Source of the DNA: a virus
Lineage: Duplodnaviria; Caudoviricetes
Virus record (IMG/VR): IMGVR_UViG_3300012347_000587
Location: 1-38,127 of that record
Strand: one strand, 5' to 3'
Length of the DNA stretch: 38,127 nucleotides
Shown here: positions 34,249 to 38,127 of the stretch, one piece after another
How positions within the stretch are numbered: the first letter of the stretch is position 1
Layout: each line of letters begins with the position of its first letter
Translations under genes and position numbers: made by a program
The notes under the pieces: model-generated
Told to the model about the DNA's origin: nothing
Database searches by the model: none
What the model saw: only the letters and a program-made list of their open reading frames with translations

Positions 34249-36249
34249 TTACATTAATTGAGTATAGTCAAACTCTTGATCTTCCTCAGTGAGAACCGCT
34301 TCACTTACTTTCTTTTGATAGTTCGCGATGTCGGTTTTTTCTTTTTTTAATCTCTTGGTTTTGATGCCTTTTAGTTTTGGGTTTTTAAATCCGTAGCTTT
34401 CGGCAGTCATTTTGTGTTTTTCAAGATTCGCCTCCACTTTTGCTTCGGTTGAAATTCTAAGTTTTTTAGTGGCTTCGATTTGGTCTCTGTAATATTGGGC
34501 TTCCCAATCTTCCTGCTCTTGCTGTCCTCTGTGTATTTCAACTTTCGTTTCGGCGGCTCTAACAAATCTTAATCCTAGTGGCGTTTTCTTGTAGAGATAG
34601 ATCAAACTCATATCGTCTGGGTCAAACTTGATGTGAAACTTTTGACCTACATTTTCAATATGCCAATCCTGGTCTACGGCTCTTGAATTTTCTTGATACA
34701 CTACATAATCATACTGAATCGTCTTTTCTTTAAAGCTAATGCCGCTTGAGTGGCACTGAATTGGTTGATTTCTCTCAATCCAAAAGAAGTCAACCATTTG
34801 AAACGGCGTTACTTTTGGACAATCCGGGTTTTCGCTTTCAAAGTACATTTCAATTCTAGGCTTTCCGGTTTTTGGGTGAGTGGCTTGGTTCCACTCGTTA
34901 CGTTTTTGCACGTATTGTTCCTTTAATTGGGCAAACGTTGGCAGCATTTCGGGATTAGCTAGAATAAACTCCATATTGGCGTGGCTCGAAACCTTTTTGG
35001 ATGTGATGTTTTGTCCAGAGTAGTTTGGCAATTGTGCCAAGAACTGGGTTTGGAATCTTCCAAATGCGCTCTCTATGGTTTTTGATTTACCATTATAAGG
35101 CTGCGTTTTAATGGCTAAATGGCTAATTTTATCAAAGAAACCACCCGCGTGAAGCTTCTTGTTACCGGAACCATTATCTAGCGATATTTGGTAAGGCCTG
35201 TGTTCCGAAACTTGAATGGCCATTTTGTACGCTTGGTATCCTGCCTCGTAATCTTCCTTCTCTGAAATGTGGTACCCTAAAAATACTTCGCTGTAAGCAT
35301 CCATAACCTCATACACATTTATGGTTTTCATTTTACCGGTTGCATCTTGATAGTAAAGGTTGATTTTGGTACCATCTGAATACCAAAGTGAATCTCTCAT
35401 AGATGGCAAAGCCGTTTTGAATGACATAGTAAATTTTTCTTTAAATTTCAATTCGCCAAAACGGTATCCGTACCAAAGTGGTTCAATCTTTGGATCTGTC
35501 AGGAAGTTGATAATAGATTGCTCTGACTTAATCATTTTCCAATCTTGCTCCATAGCTTCGGTATTGTATTCTTTCAATAGTTGGTTGTAATTGGCGACAC
35601 GTTTAACACGGTCACACCATCTGGCCAAAACAAATGACTTGGCATCATCGTTAATTTTCTCCGCATTTTTGGATCCAAAAGCCTTGTGAATAAAAACCCC
35701 GTAACCATCGTTTAAGTACTGTTTAACTTTGTCTTTAAGGATTCGTGGGTTTCTTGGAAGCGAGTGCGGATAAGTATGTTTTGGAAGTTCTGAAACCACC
35801 TCTGCAATACGATCCCAAACATTCACTTTTGTACCGGCCAAAGCTTTGCGCTGCGCTAATTTTGAATTTACAATAGTATTGATGGCATTGGCTATTGATG
35901 CATTCCAACAATACTCCTTGATGTTTTTATCCGGTAGTGCCTCGCCGCTGTCGAGCGTATAGTTTCTATAAAATTCGTAGGCCTTTTGATCGTCAAGTAT
36001 ATAATCAGTAAATGTGATAGTCGTCACCTTTGCGTAAGGATCCCCGGCTAGTTCAATTACTTTATTTTTTATATCAGATCTCATAGTGTCGAATTGTATT
36101 AGTGCTTTTCGGCCGTTGCCGCCTGTGGTCTTTTTGTTAAGGTGACCTCTTCTTACAAGAGCATCATAATTACAGCTTGTAATTATACCTGAGCTTATAA
36201 GCCAATTGGCGTGGACACATAGAATATTATTTTGATAGTATTCGAACAT
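34249..36249 (-). CDS. MuA-like DDE transposase
   Basis: WYSDGT (D), ISLDNGS (D), PYNGKSKTIESAF (E); upstream of the MuB-like gene. Confidence 0.92.
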   Translation of the reverse strand: MFEYYQNNILCVHANWLISSGIITSCNYDALVRRGHLNKKTTGGNGRKALIQFDTMRSDIKNKVIELAGDPYAKVTTITFTDYILDDQKAYEFYRNYTLDSGEALPDKNIKEYCWNASIANAINTIVNSKLAQRKALAGTKVNVWDRIAEVVSELPKHTYPHSLPRNPRILKDKVKQYLNDGYGVFIHKAFGSKNAEKINDDAKSFVLARWCDRVKRVANYNQLLKEYNTEAMEQDWKMIKSEQSIINFLTDPKIEPLWYGYRFGELKFKEKFTMSFKTALPSMRDSLWYSDGTKINLYYQDATGKMKTINVYEVMDAYSEVFLGYHISEKEDYEAGYQAYKMAIQVSEHRPYQISLDNGSGNKKLHAGGFFDKISHLAIKTQPYNGKSKTIESAFGRFQTQFLAQLPNYSGQNITSKKVSSHANMEFILANPEMLPTFAQLKEQYVQKRNEWNQATHPKTGKPRIEMYFESENPDCPKVTPFQMVDFFWIERNQPIQCHSSGISFKEKTIQYDYVVYQENSRAVDQDWHIENVGQKFHIKFDPDDMSLIYLYKKTPLGLRFVRAAETKVEIHRGQQEQEDWEAQYYRDQIEATKKLRISTEAKVEANLEKHKMTAESYGFKNPKLKGIKTKRLKKEKTDIANYQKKVSEAVLTEEDQEFDYTQLM

Positions 36250-36250
36250 C

Positions 36251-36439
36251 TTAATCCGTTTTAGGTTCTAAAATCTTTAACATTGATTTTGCATCCTCAA
36301 TAATTGCCTTGGCTAGTTCCGTATTTTCCTCTCTCTCACCACGTAACACAAGTCTTATGTAGGTATCAGTACAGTTATGTTTGTCTGCTAAAGCCGACTT
36401 GTTAATTTTTTTTCTCTGTTCTTTTGTGAAGTGTGACAT
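36251..36439 (-). CDS. Ner/Cro-like HTH regulator
   Basis: SALADKHNCTDTYIRLVLRGER HTH; first early gene, divergent from the repressor. Confidence 0.8.
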   Translation of the reverse strand: MSHFTKEQRKKINKSALADKHNCTDTYIRLVLRGEREENTELAKAIIEDAKSMLKILEPKTD

Positions 36440-36448
36440 ATTTTTAGT

Positions 36449-36533
36449 TAGCTTTGTTTTGAAATCTGAAACAAATATATAAACAGTATTCTAATTCACA
36501 AACACTTTTCTAATTTATTTTAGAATATTGTTT
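36449..36533. promoter_or_regulatory. Lysis/lysogeny switch: face-to-face promoters plus operator repeats
   Basis: Minus TTTG(36502-36499)-19 nt-TATATTTG(36479-36472); plus TAGCTTTG(36449-36456); AAACAnTwTTCTAA at 36481, 36500 and inverted at 36520. Confidence 0.7.
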
Positions 36534-36556
36534 AAATTATTTTTAAGTTATTGAAA

Positions 36557-37009
36557 ATGAAACCCATTGAAAGAGTAAAAAAATTGATAGATTACCTAGA
36601 TATATCCATTAGCGCATTCGAAAAAGCTACTGGAATGTCTAATAATTCAATTCAAACAGCCATCAAAAGGGTTTCTAATCTAAAAGATGACACCTTAAAC
36701 AGTATTCTAATTACATATCCGGATGTTTCTGCGGAGTGGCTTTTAACCGGTAAAGGATCTATGTTTTCCAAAGACATAAATTTAGATACCACCATATCGG
36801 AACCAGGATCACAATACGGAGTTACAAATGAGCTATTAAAAGAAAAAATAGCTTTCCAGTCAGAACAAATTGACTTTTACAAGTCAAAAATTGAGTTCTT
36901 AACGGATAAATTAAATGCAAAAAAAATCCCCGAGGGTAAAGTTCTCGAGGAGGGTATGAATATTATCGACAAAATTCAGGAGTCATTGAGTAAAAAAAAA
37001 CTTAGTTGA
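36557..37009 (+). CDS. Prophage repressor (HTH) with coiled-coil C-terminus
   Basis: ISISAFEKATGMSN HTH and YPDVSAEWLLTGKGSM; no S24 peptidase motifs seen. Confidence 0.85.
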   Translation: MKPIERVKKLIDYLDISISAFEKATGMSNNSIQTAIKRVSNLKDDTLNSILITYPDVSAEWLLTGKGSMFSKDINLDTTISEPGSQYGVTNELLKEKIAFQSEQIDFYKSKIEFLTDKLNAKKIPEGKVLEEGMNIIDKIQESLSKKKLS

Positions 37010-37139
37010 GATGTTCATCTTCACAAAGTAGGAGGTCTTCAAGTAACTCAATACAAATCTTTCCTTCCATAAATAATCTGCGTAACATTCTCACGTATTG
37101 ATACTTTCTATAGCTGTAATCTATTTTATTTAGGGGCAT
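37002..37139 (-). CDS. Possible 45-aa protein convergent with the repressor
   Basis: MPLNKIDYSYRKYQYVRMLRRLFMEGKICIELLEDLLLCEDEHLN*. Confidence 0.3.
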   Translation of the reverse strand: MPLNKIDYSYRKYQYVRMLRRLFMEGKICIELLEDLLLCEDEHLN

Positions 37140-37280
37140 AAAATGGGGTTTAAATTAACGCTCTAATTTAAATACGCGTGAAAATTATTCTTTACGGTTT
37201 TCCACATTTGTACAGGAATCAAGAGTGTTTTTTTTTGAAATTATTTTTTTTATTTTGGTTTTAGCAGGAAAACCAGTGTT

Positions 37281-37304
37281 AGCCCTTATGAATAGGGCTT
37301 TTTT
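37281..37304 (+). terminator. Intrinsic terminator
   Basis: AGCCCT-TATGAAT-AGGGCT followed by a T run. Confidence 0.65.
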
Positions 37305-37421
37305 AATTTATGTATTCATAAAAACAAGGGTATTAAGTGGGTAGTTAAACACAAAAAAAGGTGTTATTTGAGCGATTTAATGTTTTATATATTATTTAAT
37401 CTATCTTATTATTTTGATTTT

Positions 37422-37457
37422 TGTATGTGCAACTGTATGTGCAACTGTACGAGCAAA
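37422..37457. repeat. Three tandem 12-bp repeats
   Basis: TGTATGTGCAAC x2 + TGTACGAGCAAA. Confidence 0.85.
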
Positions 37458-37557
37458 GTATAATTTTATTAATTTGCTATAATTTTCAAACTATCCCATT
37501 ATGAACTATTAAACAGGCTTTTTAAAGTGTTTAATAACTGTTTAAACACTAAAAAAT

Positions 37558-37586
37558 AACCCCCATTTAGTAATAAAATGGGGGTT
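37558..37586. repeat. 11-bp perfect inverted repeat
   Basis: AACCCCCATTT-AGTAATA-AAATGGGGGTT. Confidence 0.7.
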
Positions 37587-37683
37587 TTAGCTATATTTGT
37601 CCGGGTTAATGGTAGTAAGCCGTTTAAAGCGTTTAAAAATGGTACTAGCGATGGAAGTTCAATGATAGTAAATAGTAGATAAA

Positions 37684-37800
37684 TGCACCTTTTATTTTTG
37701 GTGTGTTCTCGACCTTTTTTATTGTGAAGTATTGATTTTATTGGTTTTTTCGACCTTTTTTGTGTTAGGTATTATGTATGTTTTATTTTATAGGGTGTAA
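37684..37800 (-). repeat. Right (repressor-side) phage end with putative transposase-binding sites
   Basis: Reverse complement TTACACCCTATAAAATAAAACATACATAAT; second site CCAAAAATAAAAGGTGCA (37701-37684); TCGACCTTTTTT direct repeat in between. Confidence 0.6.
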
Positions 37801-37815
37801 TTTAAACTTCATATT

Positions 37816-38127
37816 ATGAAAAATAAAATTTTAATTATGCTTAATTATATAATACTAGCACTCCTTTTTATCAATTGTGATACTAAAAATGATGATTTTA
37901 ACTATGTACCCGAAGAAGGTACAACGACAACACAAGTATTAATTAAAACAGATAAGGCAAAATATTTGCCTAATGAAGCTGTTGTTTTCACTGTTGACAA
38001 GGTTGTTGCCAACAGTAAAATTAGATATAAATATCTAAATACTATATTGTTAGAGCAGCCCTTAACAAATACAAGTTGGACTTGGACTCCTCCCTCTACA
38101 GATTATCGAGGATATATGGTTGAAGTG
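37816..38127 (+). CDS. Host GH66-like (dextranase) lipoprotein, N-terminal part
   Basis: Lipobox LLFIN-C; TDKAKYLPNEAVVF...WTWTPPSTDYRGYMVEV resembles the N-terminal domain of Bacteroidota GH66 enzymes. Confidence 0.75.
   Translation, partial: MKNKILIMLNYIILALLFINCDTKNDDFNYVPEEGTTTTQVLIKTDKAKYLPNEAVVFTVDKVVANSKIRYKYLNTILLEQPLTNTSWTWTPPSTDYRGYMVEV

Larger units (their letters stand above)
320..37799. mobile_element. Mu-like transposable prophage, contractile tail, apparently complete
   Basis: DDE transposase + MuB-like ATPase next to a repressor at one end; DUF935 portal, MuF, gp36, gpG, sheath, tube and baseplate genes; imperfect terminal inverted repeats at 319-348 and 37771-37800. Exact ends uncertain by a few bp. 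Confidence 0.92.

Noticed and set aside
36992-37000. A9 run at the repressor 3' end as a frameshift site
   Set aside because: The -1 frame stops almost immediately (ACT TAG); no downstream gene to join
37422-37457. Possible CRISPR array
   Set aside because: Directly adjacent 12-bp repeats with no spacers; no cas genes

Overview
The window is almost entirely one apparently complete ~37.5 kb Mu-like (transposable, contractile-tailed) prophage, about 320-37799. The host is Bacteroidota, probably Flavobacteriaceae (low GC, TAnnTTTG promoters, A-rich starts without Shine-Dalgarno). Right to left: repressor/Ner-like switch, DDE transposase, MuB-like ATPase plus a second RecA-fold ATPase, about 20 small early genes, and a putative late activator. 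A bidirectional late promoter then drives a (+) arm (terS, terL, gp36, portal, MuF, gpG, tail completion) and a (-) arm (Clp protease/scaffold, capsid, lysis, sheath, tube, chaperone, tape measure, baseplate, tail fibre). Partial host genes flank it (a membrane protein on the left, a GH66-like lipoprotein on the right). Most notable: (1) at the position of Mu mom there is a small ORF - ABC ATPase - GNAT - formyltransferase operon; the ATPase and GNAT join only through a -1 shift at an A10 run, the ATPase carries an in-frame TGA, and a candidate antisense hairpin RNA sits over the leader. (2) MuF, which ends in a CdiA-like nuclease domain, lacks a convincing start and continues the portal in the -1 frame at a second A10 run; it is followed by a candidate antisense small RNA instead of an immunity ORF. 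(3) There is a tRNA-mimic RNA in the early operon. (4) The capsid protein begins with a signal-peptide-like segment. All family calls come from motif recognition by eye; no searches were run.
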